From an uncultured Methanosarcinales archaeon (GTDB lineage Archaea > Nanobdellota > Nanobdellia > Woesearchaeales > UBA10216), in NCBI GenBank assembly GCA_964504135.1, contig CAZDCW010000001.1, positions 90,667-146,829 of the forward strand: a stretch of DNA of 56,163 nt, in the 5' to 3' direction. Of the stretch, positions 31,816 to 39,359 are shown piece after piece. A program made the translations under genes and the position numbers. Each line of letters opens with the position of its first letter. Positions within the stretch are counted from its first letter, which is position 1. The notes beneath the pieces were generated by a model, which saw only the letters and a program-made list of their open reading frames with translations, searched no databases and was not told the DNA's origin.

Positions 31816-32718
31816 CTAGAATTTCCTTATCTCTTCAAACTCCCTGTATCTCTCCTCAATTTCCATCATGTTCAGCCTTTTCATCCTTTCAAGGCTGAAG
31901 TCCTCTGCGTTGAAGCTGGCGACTGCGCTTCCATATATTATGGCCTTCCTCAGGTTCGCCTCGCTCGCATCCTTGCTTTTTGCTATGTGCCCGATGAATG
32001 CCCCTGCGAAGCTGTCCCCGCAGCCAGTCGGGTCTCTTATGTTCTCAAGCGGGTATCCTGGCGCGCTGAAGTGGCTTTTGGAGGAGAACATCAGCGCCCC
32101 GTGCTCTCCTTTTTTGATTACAACGTGCCTTGGCCCAAGTGCAAGCGCCTTGCTGGCTGCATTTACAAGGCTCGGCGTCTCAAATAATTGCCTTGCTTCG
32201 CTGTCGTTGAGCAGCAGGACATCCACTTTGCCCATCACATCCAGCAGCTTTTCCCTTTTGTTCTGTATCCAGTAGTTCATCGTGTCCATTACTGTAAGCT
32301 TTGGCTTCTTAACCTGCCTGAGTACCTTCAGCTGCAGCTCAGGGTCTATGTTGGCGAGGAGCACGTAGCCTGCTTCCTTGTATGCATCAGGCAGGTTTGG
32401 CTCAAAGCCTGCGAATGAGCCAAGCTCGGTTCTTACAGTCTTGGCCTCGTTCATGTCGTATTCATAGTATCCTTGCCATCTGAATGTGCTGCCCTGCTTT
32501 TGCACGCCTTCCAGGCTGATGCCTCTGCCTTTAAGCAGTTGAAGATGTTCTTCTGGAAAGTCCTCCCCTACCACTGCAACAATGCCTGGCTTGCAGAAGA
32601 AGCTGGCTGCAAAGCCTGAGTATGTGGCTGCTCCACCAAGCGCATTCTCTGCCTTTCCAAACGGCGTCTTTACAGAATCAAGCGCGACTGAGCCTACAAT
32701 CACAAGGTCTGTGCTCAT
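31816..32718 (-). CDS. PfkB-family carbohydrate/nucleoside kinase
   Basis: N-terminal GSVALD...GGAATY and the C-terminal anion-hole/catalytic motif DPTGCGDSFAGAFIG. Confidence 0.85.
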   Translation of the reverse strand: MSTDLVIVGSVALDSVKTPFGKAENALGGAATYSGFAASFFCKPGIVAVVGEDFPEEHLQLLKGRGISLEGVQKQGSTFRWQGYYEYDMNEAKTVRTELGSFAGFEPNLPDAYKEAGYVLLANIDPELQLKVLRQVKKPKLTVMDTMNYWIQNKREKLLDVMGKVDVLLLNDSEARQLFETPSLVNAASKALALGPRHVVIKKGEHGALMFSSKSHFSAPGYPLENIRDPTGCGDSFAGAFIGHIAKSKDASEANLRKAIIYGSAVASFNAEDFSLERMKRLNMMEIEERYREFEEIRKF

Positions 32719-33323
32719 TGTGGGCTGCTTTTGCTCCGGCCTTTAAAATTCTTCCCAAGCAAATTTCTCCTGACATATCTGGCAGTCCAGTATGCAGCGC
32801 CCTGCACCTTTTTTACCAGCGGGTGCTTTTGCCTTTTTCCGGCTTTTGGGTCGTACCTTTCAACTTTATAGCCCGTATCCAGGTTTGCCTTGACGTTCTT
32901 TGCTGAGGCCAGGCTCAGCCAGTTAGTGGTAACTTTCACGATTAAGGTGCCTGGCTCCGCCCTGCAATATTTCAATTCCCCACTGCCAAAGGGGCCGTCT
33001 GCGCGGCCGTCTGCTGTGTACGCGCCATAAAATACCCCTAAGGTCATCTGGTTTGCGTTGGTTTCAACAATTTTCTCAAACTCGCTGGAATACGGCTGCC
33101 CCTGTTTGTTGGCTTCCATGAGGCCGCTGGACATTTCCAGCCTCACATACGTCGGGTCATGGCTCTGGACAAGGTGTTCTATGCATGCTGCCGCATTCTT
33201 GATGTCTGTCCCTGATATCAGATATCCGGAGGGGTTTTTCTTTTCATCGTACAATGCAGGCGTTTTTGTCAGCCTGTAGTATAGGGTTTTTGGCTCCTGC
33301 TGCTGCTGGAAAGGTAATTTCAT
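32715..33323 (-). CDS. hypothetical protein (202 aa), translationally coupled to the PfkB kinase gene
   Basis: ATGA overlap with the kinase start. No motif recognised. Basic C-terminal tail. Confidence 0.55.
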   Translation of the reverse strand: MKLPFQQQQEPKTLYYRLTKTPALYDEKKNPSGYLISGTDIKNAAACIEHLVQSHDPTYVRLEMSSGLMEANKQGQPYSSEFEKIVETNANQMTLGVFYGAYTADGRADGPFGSGELKYCRAEPGTLIVKVTTNWLSLASAKNVKANLDTGYKVERYDPKAGKRQKHPLVKKVQGAAYWTARYVRRNLLGKNFKGRSKSSPQ

Positions 33324-33442
33324 ATAATGTGGGGCGCAGATTCCGATTTATAAACTTTTTCATTTTCACAACTATTTAGTGGTTATTAAACTCTGGCTCT
33401 GTGCCCAAAACTATTTATTGTTGCAAAGGCAGGCAGTGCCTG

Positions 33443-34492
33443 ATGCTAAGGTCAGCCGCCATCTGGACAGGACTGCTATTGCTTTTGTCTTTGTCAGCGT
33501 ATGCTGTCCCTGAGGTCAAGGCCGGCCTTGAGGAAGGAAATACAGGCACGTACAGCCTGAGGGGTTCTGATTATCAGGTTACATCTGATTTTGTTGGCAG
33601 CGCCCAGGCTGTTTTTGTCCATAATGGCAGTTCAAGCCCTGCGTTGTCTGTTGGGCAGAACAAGTCCTTCTCCAATGGGTTGAATCTCAGGCTGGACAGG
33701 ATTCTCAGCCAGGAATTTGCAGGCGGAAAGCGCATGGTGGAATTCACCCTTTCCATCCCTGACAGGTGTGGTGATGGCGTCTGCGGAGAGGCTGAAGCAT
33801 GCCTGGCAGACAGCTGCTGCAATGGCGCTCTGAAGGATTTTGGCTCTGATTCCGGCAACTGCGGTTCCTGTGCCATTCAGTGCGTGATGGGCCAAAAATG
33901 CGTTTCAGGCTCATGCGTAACTTACTGTGGGAACAGCATCTGCGAGGCTTCGGAAAGCTGTAGCTCCTGCACGTATGACTGCGGTTGCCCTTCAAGGACA
34001 AAATGCAGAAACGAAAAATGCGTTACATATTGCGGGAATGGCGTCTGCGATTCAGATGAGGATTTTTCAGCCTGCCCTTCTGACTGTGTGAGGCCAGTGG
34101 TGTGCGGTGATTTCGTGTGCATGCAGGTTGAGGAGTCGTCTTGCTGCACTGACTGTGGCTGCGGCTCAGGCTATGAGTGCGTGCAGAATTCATGTGTGCA
34201 GCCTGACAAGTGCAGCTCTGATGCCGATTGTGATGATGCAGACCCGTGTACAGTCAATAGGTGCATGGGCATGCCAAAATCATGCGTGGACTCGGCAAAC
34301 AGGTCTTGCGAGTCGAAAGCACAGCAGGATTCACCGATTCAGCCAGCGGCAAACGATTCAAACATGACAAAATCACGCCAGGTTAACATTCCTTCCCCTG
34401 GGAGAGCAGGCTCTGTTCAGACGGCAAAAAAGGCCGCTTTTTTTGAAAGCCTTTTCGCTTGGCTTAACTCCCTTGTTAGGTCCAGGGATTAG
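33443..34492 (+). CDS. secreted Cys-rich repeat protein
   Basis: Signal peptide MLRSAAIWTGLLLLLSLSAYA. Four CG[DN]x[IV]C...E...C..DC modules (RCGDGVCGEAEAC, YCGNSICEASESCSSCTYDCGC, YCGNGVCDSDEDFSACPSDC, VCGDFVCMQVEESSCCTDCGC). Confidence 0.7.
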   Translation: MLRSAAIWTGLLLLLSLSAYAVPEVKAGLEEGNTGTYSLRGSDYQVTSDFVGSAQAVFVHNGSSSPALSVGQNKSFSNGLNLRLDRILSQEFAGGKRMVEFTLSIPDRCGDGVCGEAEACLADSCCNGALKDFGSDSGNCGSCAIQCVMGQKCVSGSCVTYCGNSICEASESCSSCTYDCGCPSRTKCRNEKCVTYCGNGVCDSDEDFSACPSDCVRPVVCGDFVCMQVEESSCCTDCGCGSGYECVQNSCVQPDKCSSDADCDDADPCTVNRCMGMPKSCVDSANRSCESKAQQDSPIQPAANDSNMTKSRQVNIPSPGRAGSVQTAKKAAFFESLFAWLNSLVRSRD

Positions 34493-35442
34493 CTGGAGGC
34501 TGCAAACACCCTGTCAAACTCCTTAAGGTATTCCTCCGCAATCTCCGCACTTCTTATGACCAGCATATTCTCGTCATTCCTTATATCCGCGCTTTTGGTT
34601 GGGTTAAAGCTCCCGGTTATCACTGTTTCGTTGTCTATGATGAATACCTTGTGGTGCATTATTCCCTTGGCGGCATCAATCCTTATGTCTATGCTCTGGT
34701 TTCTGAGCAGGTAATACGCATCCTTGTCGCTGCTGCTGTCTATATCCCCGCGGACATCAACACCCCTCATACCTGCTATTATCAACTCGTTTGCTATTCC
34801 CCTGTGCGTGAAGCTGTATGCCATGAAAAGCACGCTGCGCGAAGCATTTGCTATGGCCTGCTCAACCCTTGCTGCGCAGCTATCCTCTGGGCAGAAATAA
34901 TACTCAACTTCAGCATCTCCCAGCATGGCTGAGTTTCCAGTGCTTTTCCTGTCAGGCTGCTCGTTCCACAGCTCTTCAAACTCCTGCGAGTATCCTCTGG
35001 CAAGCCATGGAGAGCTTATCACCAGCATATTGTTCCTGTCTTTCATGCTGCTGCTCGGGTTGAATGAGCCGGTAATCACCGTAATGTTGTCAAGTATGCA
35101 GAACTTGTTGTGCATCAGTCCGCTGCTGTTTCTTTTCCTGATAAAGCTGAAATTTCCCTTGTAGTGGGCGTCCGCGACAACCCGAAGGTTGCCTGAAGCA
35201 AGGCTTTCGTGGAAGTTGTACATCGCGCAGTCAGCTGTCCTGCTGCTGTTTATGAGCTTCCTCATCTCCTCCCTGCAGTCTGTTTCTGAGCAGAAAAGCA
35301 GCCTGTAGTCAAGCCCCGGCTCTGTTATGGCTGCCCCGGTTATCTGCGGCTCCTCGCCGTATTGCCTGAGCAGCAAAACTATCGCTGCCAGGGAAATTGC
35401 TGCAGCGGCCAGGATTATTGCCATTCGCACTTTTTTGTCCAT
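34489..35442 (-). CDS. membrane-anchored phospholipase D / Nuc-like protein (two HKD motifs)
   Basis: N-terminal TM segment MAIILAAAAISLAAIVLLL. HKD motifs HNKFCILDNITVITGSFNPS and HHKVFIIDNETVITGSFNPT. Confidence 0.85.
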   Translation of the reverse strand: MDKKVRMAIILAAAAISLAAIVLLLRQYGEEPQITGAAITEPGLDYRLLFCSETDCREEMRKLINSSRTADCAMYNFHESLASGNLRVVADAHYKGNFSFIRKRNSSGLMHNKFCILDNITVITGSFNPSSSMKDRNNMLVISSPWLARGYSQEFEELWNEQPDRKSTGNSAMLGDAEVEYYFCPEDSCAARVEQAIANASRSVLFMAYSFTHRGIANELIIAGMRGVDVRGDIDSSSDKDAYYLLRNQSIDIRIDAAKGIMHHKVFIIDNETVITGSFNPTKSADIRNDENMLVIRSAEIAEEYLKEFDRVFAASS

Positions 35443-35465
35443 ATGTGGCCTGCATTACCAAAACC

Positions 35466-35474
35466 TTTTTATAG
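35466..35474 (-). promoter_or_regulatory. TATA-like box for the PLD gene
   Basis: The minus strand reads CTATAAAAA, centred about 28 nt upstream of ATG 35442. Confidence 0.35.
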
Positions 35475-35557
35475 TTGGTATACCACTCAATAGTACAAAC
35501 ATAGCCATTCTATTTTAGAGTGGTTAAGTTCAAGCTATCTATCACCTCTTTTCCCCA

Positions 35558-35581
35558 GGGAGGCCCCGCAAGGGGCCTTCC
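35558..35581. other. stable GC-rich hairpin (10-bp stem, GCAA loop)
   Basis: gggaggcccc-gcaa-ggggccttcc has one G-T wobble and otherwise Watson-Crick pairs. It lies 27 nt downstream of the S16 protease stop, and no T-run follows on the minus strand. Confidence 0.5.
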
Positions 35582-35607
35582 TGAGGTTTGGCTGTAAGCA
35601 GGGGAAC

Positions 35608-37353
35608 CTATCTCCTTCGTAACGCTGCTTTTTTGACAAGCTTTCCGTTCCTTTTCGGAGTGTATTTGCCAAGGATGAAGACTATTGCCGCTCCTGTCAT
35701 TAGCCCTGCTGCAAATATCAGTATGGAGGGGCTTGCAATGGCCATTTTTTGCTCTGCAGGCGTGGCCTCTTCAGCCTTGTCTTTTCTGAAGTACACGTCC
35801 ATGTTGCTGAGTTCCAGCGCATATTCAGAGTATAGCAGCGCCGAGTACTTGTCTGTGTCCTTCAGCGAGTTGGCGTATTCGTAATAGCTATACCCGAGTA
35901 TTGGGAATATGCCTTTTTTTGAGTTTCTTACTATCGTCCTTTTTGCTATTTCAAGCTTCTTTTCAACCAGTTCGCTGACTTGCGAGTCTTCAACTCCCAG
36001 CGTGTTTAGTATTACGTCGCTTTCAGCTTTTGCCTTTGCGGCTTTTGAGAGGCACAGCTCGAATCTTTTTGCGTTGAGGTCGTCGTATGCCCTGTCTATG
36101 TCCCTTCTTGTGCCTGCCAGGGTTTCCGGGAAGAACAGCTTTACGTATTCATACCTTTCCTCAGCCTCTGAAAGCTTGCTTCTGCACGATTTTTCTATTA
36201 GCTCTGGCTCAAATCTCTGGCCATCCTTTCCGATGAACTGTGCCCATGCCTCTGCGCTGTACACCCTTTCCTCTGCGTAGGCCAGCAGGGCTATGGCATC
36301 CCGGGTCTTGTTCTCCTGCAGCCTCTGTAAGGTCAGGTTTGCAGTGTCGGTTGCGTCGAGCAGCCTTTCCTTTACTGTTGCATAGCTCTGCACGTCTGCA
36401 ACTGTCTTTGGCCTTGTAATGCTGCTTTCCAGATGCATGGAATCCTCCACGACCTTCTCAGCTCTCTTTGTTATCTGTTCTCGGGTAAGGTTTGCGTGCT
36501 CAAGCGTCTTATACCTTATGTTTGCGCCAAAGCAGTAGCTTGCTGCTGAATAGTATTGGCCGCCTTCAAGCGCTGCCTTCCCCCTTTCGGTAAGGTTTTG
36601 TGCTGAGCTGTCATTGCCTGCGGCCTGAAGCTGCGTGCTCTTGTTGCATAATGACTCTGCAACTTTCTGCATTGTTTCTGCGTATGACTCGTCTATTGAC
36701 AGCTGGGCGTCCTCTTCTATGTATTGCCTGCCGGTAAAATGATACAGTGCTTCCCTCATGTCAACGACTTCTATTACCTGAACCCCGTTTTCCTTTCCGA
36801 CTGCAACCAGGTCTATGGTTGCGTTGCTGGCGTTGCCTGATTTTACGTACCTTTGCCCTTTGGCTATCAGGACTTTCTTGACACCTCTTTCAGGGCTTGC
36901 AGTGATTTTTTCCTGAAGCCCTCCCACCGGCCCTACAAGCCCCCCTGAGTTTATTGTTCCGGTTATTGCTGTTGACTCGTCTGTTGCGCTCCCTTCCACC
37001 ACTGCTGCGGTAAGCACAGCAGCCGCAGCCCCTGCGCTTGGCCCGCCTACCAGCGCTGTGTCTGCTTTTATCGTGTAGAAGAAGTCGTATTGGTCGCATT
37101 CAAGGTCCAGTTCGCTGCATGCTATTTCCTTGGCAAATCGCGTGCTTATTTGAGTGTCCATCTTGGTCAGCGGGAAGGACTCAATGAACACTTTGCCCTG
37201 GCCTGGCTTGACTTCAAGGTACAGGTCTGCTATCATCCCTTTGCCGCCTTCTACCTTGTCTGTAACGGCAAGTATCTTCATGTGGCCTGTCTGCGCCTGC
37301 GCAGCCATAGTCAGCAGAATAAGGGCCAAAATCAAAAAAGCAGCAATTCTCAT
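35608..37353 (-). CDS. secreted S16 (Lon C-terminal-like) serine protease with a helical domain and a C-terminal TM anchor
   Basis: Signal peptide MRIAAFLILALILLTMAAQA. Lon-type LVGGPSAGAAAAVL (Ser) and TGTINSGGLVGPVGGLQEKI (Lys). No AAA+ module. C-terminal hydrophobic ILIFAAGLMTGAAIVFILG. Confidence 0.75.
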   Translation of the reverse strand: MRIAAFLILALILLTMAAQAQTGHMKILAVTDKVEGGKGMIADLYLEVKPGQGKVFIESFPLTKMDTQISTRFAKEIACSELDLECDQYDFFYTIKADTALVGGPSAGAAAAVLTAAVVEGSATDESTAITGTINSGGLVGPVGGLQEKITASPERGVKKVLIAKGQRYVKSGNASNATIDLVAVGKENGVQVIEVVDMREALYHFTGRQYIEEDAQLSIDESYAETMQKVAESLCNKSTQLQAAGNDSSAQNLTERGKAALEGGQYYSAASYCFGANIRYKTLEHANLTREQITKRAEKVVEDSMHLESSITRPKTVADVQSYATVKERLLDATDTANLTLQRLQENKTRDAIALLAYAEERVYSAEAWAQFIGKDGQRFEPELIEKSCRSKLSEAEERYEYVKLFFPETLAGTRRDIDRAYDDLNAKRFELCLSKAAKAKAESDVILNTLGVEDSQVSELVEKKLEIAKRTIVRNSKKGIFPILGYSYYEYANSLKDTDKYSALLYSEYALELSNMDVYFRKDKAEEATPAEQKMAIASPSILIFAAGLMTGAAIVFILGKYTPKRNGKLVKKAALRRR

Positions 37354-37434
37354 GTGCAGCCAGGGAATGCGTTTGCCTTTAAAAAGCTTATACTGGTGTC
37401 CGCTGGGTGTAAATCAGCTTTTCAGAATAGAATC

Positions 37435-37749
37435 CTATCTGCGCCTGCCTTTCTTTGCTTTCCCTGCGGTTGGCTTGGCCTTTTTGGATGTCGCTTTCCG
37501 CCTGCTGGCCTTTGCAGCTCTTCCTGCCTGCCTTGCCTTCGCCTCTGGAAAGTCATTTTTCCCATGCTCCTTTCCAACCGGTGGCGGTGTTATTGAAAGG
37601 ACTGATGCTATGAACATCAGGATGAATACAAGGTCAAAGGCAACCCCCCATTTTAGCGGCAGCTTGCCTGAGGCAGTGTAGACTGTTGTTATCATGAACC
37701 CGAGTATGCCTGTCAGCATGAAGGTTCTTGGAAGGGGCACTTTTTGCAT
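37435..37749 (-). CDS. small membrane protein with a basic tail
   Basis: Two hydrophobic segments followed by a K/R/A-rich tail (AKARQAGRAAKASRRKATSKKAKPTAGKAKKGRRR). It starts directly after the upstream stop. Confidence 0.5.
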   Translation of the reverse strand: MQKVPLPRTFMLTGILGFMITTVYTASGKLPLKWGVAFDLVFILMFIASVLSITPPPVGKEHGKNDFPEAKARQAGRAAKASRRKATSKKAKPTAGKAKKGRRR

Positions 37750-38118
37750 CTAGCTTATCGACCTCAGCTTTTCCTCTATCCTTCCCAGCTCAGCCTCAAG
37801 CTTTTCCACTCCTGTCAGCCGCTTTGGTGCCTTGTGTGTTTCTTCGTGCTTTTCCACTTTCTTTGGCGTTTCTGCCTTCGGCTTTGGAAGGCTGCCAGGC
37901 TCCACTTTTGGCATCTCTGCCCTGAGCTCTGCCATAAGGTGGGCAAGGTCCTGGTATATCAGCTTGAGTTCTGTCAGATGCGCGTGCTTTTGCGCCTTTA
38001 TTGATTTCAGCTTCTCGTATTTCTGCAGGAAGTGGATGACGTCCTTTGAGCATTCAAGCAGGCTTCTTCTGAATGCGCCAGGGTTCTCTATTCCCACATA
38101 GAAAATGTCGCTGTTCAT
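37750..38118 (-). CDS. coiled-coil protein, paralog family member
   Basis: N-terminal IFYVGIENPGAFRRSLLE, central P/K/E linker, C-terminal LEAELGRIEEKLRSI. 4-nt overlap with the upstream gene. Confidence 0.55.
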   Translation of the reverse strand: MNSDIFYVGIENPGAFRRSLLECSKDVIHFLQKYEKLKSIKAQKHAHLTELKLIYQDLAHLMAELRAEMPKVEPGSLPKPKAETPKKVEKHEETHKAPKRLTGVEKLEAELGRIEEKLRSIS

Positions 38119-38339
38119 TGCTCTTTTGTCCTTGCAAGTGCATCCTCTATGAATGCCACTTTGCTTTCTATCTTGGATATTTCATTCTGCCAGCTTATTA
38201 TTTCTTCGTCCTCTGCCCTTTTGAGCTCGCTTATCCTTCGCAGCACGACCTTTGCGTCCCCTAGTCTCTTGTGCAGCCTGTCCATGATGAGGCTTACTTT
38301 TTTGTACCGGTCTATCTTTACAAACATGGGAGCGTTCAT
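38115..38339 (-). CDS. small coiled-coil protein, paralog family member
   Basis: MFVKIDRYKKVSLIMDRLHKRL...EISKIESKVAFIEDAL shares its layout with the C-terminus of the upstream product. Confidence 0.5.
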   Translation of the reverse strand: MNAPMFVKIDRYKKVSLIMDRLHKRLGDAKVVLRRISELKRAEDEEIISWQNEISKIESKVAFIEDALARTKEQ

Positions 38340-38342
38340 TTT

Positions 38343-39020
38343 TTACACCTCGAACAGCTTTTCGTCTATGTCCATGAGCTTCCTTTGGATGTCTTCAAGG
38401 CAGTCTGCCATTTTTGCGTATTCACTGTCCCGGGCGTCGTTTGCCTTGTTTTCAGATTCCTTGTGTGAATGCACAGAGTCAAGGTATTCAAGCACTTCCC
38501 TGTACGTGGACGCCTCTATGAAAACAGCCCTTTCTCCTGCGTGTTTGGCAGGTTTGTATTCAATTTCTGGCTTTTGCAGCTCAGGCATTATTGGCGCAGG
38601 CATCTGTGGAGGAGACCCCATTACCGCCTGCGGTGGCTGCGGAACTATTATTGGCTGCCGGGCCATCTGCGGCTCTGCAGAAGTCTGGTTCAGGCTCTTT
38701 TCGTATTCATCATAGCTGAATGGCTTTATCTCGGGCAGTTCTGATATTGCAGGCGCCGCATCAAAAGAGGGTATTTCAAGTCCTTTTTCAGCCATTGGCG
38801 GGCCTGGGAAGGTTGGCAACTCTGTTCCAAAGCTGCCCATCTGCGGAGGCGGAGGTATGTCAAGGTGGTCAGCAGCCGCCTCCTGTTTAGCCTCCCCCTT
38901 TTTTAGAAACTTCAAAAAGCCCAAGCCAGTATCACCCTCCTTTATTTCCTGCAACAGCCAAGTTATAAAGCTTTCGGTAGGCTGCTGGTCCAGGTTGGTT
39001 GGCAAAAAGCTTATATACAA
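38343..39020 (-). CDS. Pro-rich linker protein with a C-terminal coiled-coil module, paralog family member
   Basis: C-terminal VFIEASTYREVLEYLDSVHSHK...DIQRKLMDIDEKLFEV. The central region is P/Q/M-rich and low in complexity. The start is uncertain (TTG 39020, internal TTG after AAGGAGGGTG). Confidence 0.5.
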   Translation of the reverse strand: MYISFLPTNLDQQPTESFITWLLQEIKEGDTGLGFLKFLKKGEAKQEAAADHLDIPPPPQMGSFGTELPTFPGPPMAEKGLEIPSFDAAPAISELPEIKPFSYDEYEKSLNQTSAEPQMARQPIIVPQPPQAVMGSPPQMPAPIMPELQKPEIEYKPAKHAGERAVFIEASTYREVLEYLDSVHSHKESENKANDARDSEYAKMADCLEDIQRKLMDIDEKLFEV

Positions 39021-39039
39021 TCAGCCTTAAAATGACCTG

Positions 39040-39294
39040 ATGAAGAATAAGTTCGCCAAATTTGCGATGGGGAATGCGGCTGGCTCTGTGGTGCTCACTT
39101 TTCTGTTTGGGATTTTGGGCGCTGTTCTTGCGGTAATAGCAATTGGCTTTGGGATTAAGGGCCTTGTGGATTATAACAGGAAAAACTCTATTGGAGGTAA
39201 ATGGGGGTCAATTAGTGCAATTGCTATAGGTGTTTTGATGATTATCATTGTCGTAATTAGGCTGGTTTCAGTTCTAAACTCCCCCTACTATTGA
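39040..39294 (+). CDS. small two-TM membrane protein (DUF4190-like)
   Basis: GSVVLTFLFGILGAVLAVIAIGFGIKG and ISAIAIGVLMIIIVVI. A TATA-like TTATATAC sits about 25 nt upstream of the ATG. Confidence 0.5.
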   Translation: MKNKFAKFAMGNAAGSVVLTFLFGILGAVLAVIAIGFGIKGLVDYNRKNSIGGKWGSISAIAIGVLMIIIVVIRLVSVLNSPYY

Positions 39295-39295
39295 A

Positions 39296-39336
39296 TTCTT
39301 TGCGTTAGTTCACGAAGATTTAGCCTTCTACTGTCA
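39296..39336 (+). repeat. intergenic repeat element, copy 3 (degenerate)
   Basis: ttctttgcgttagttcacgaagatttagccttctactgtca shares the ttctttgcg, gttcacgaaga and tagcct.ct blocks with copies 1 and 2. Confidence 0.55.
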
Positions 39337-39359
39337 AGTATAACCGCCAACCACCAATC

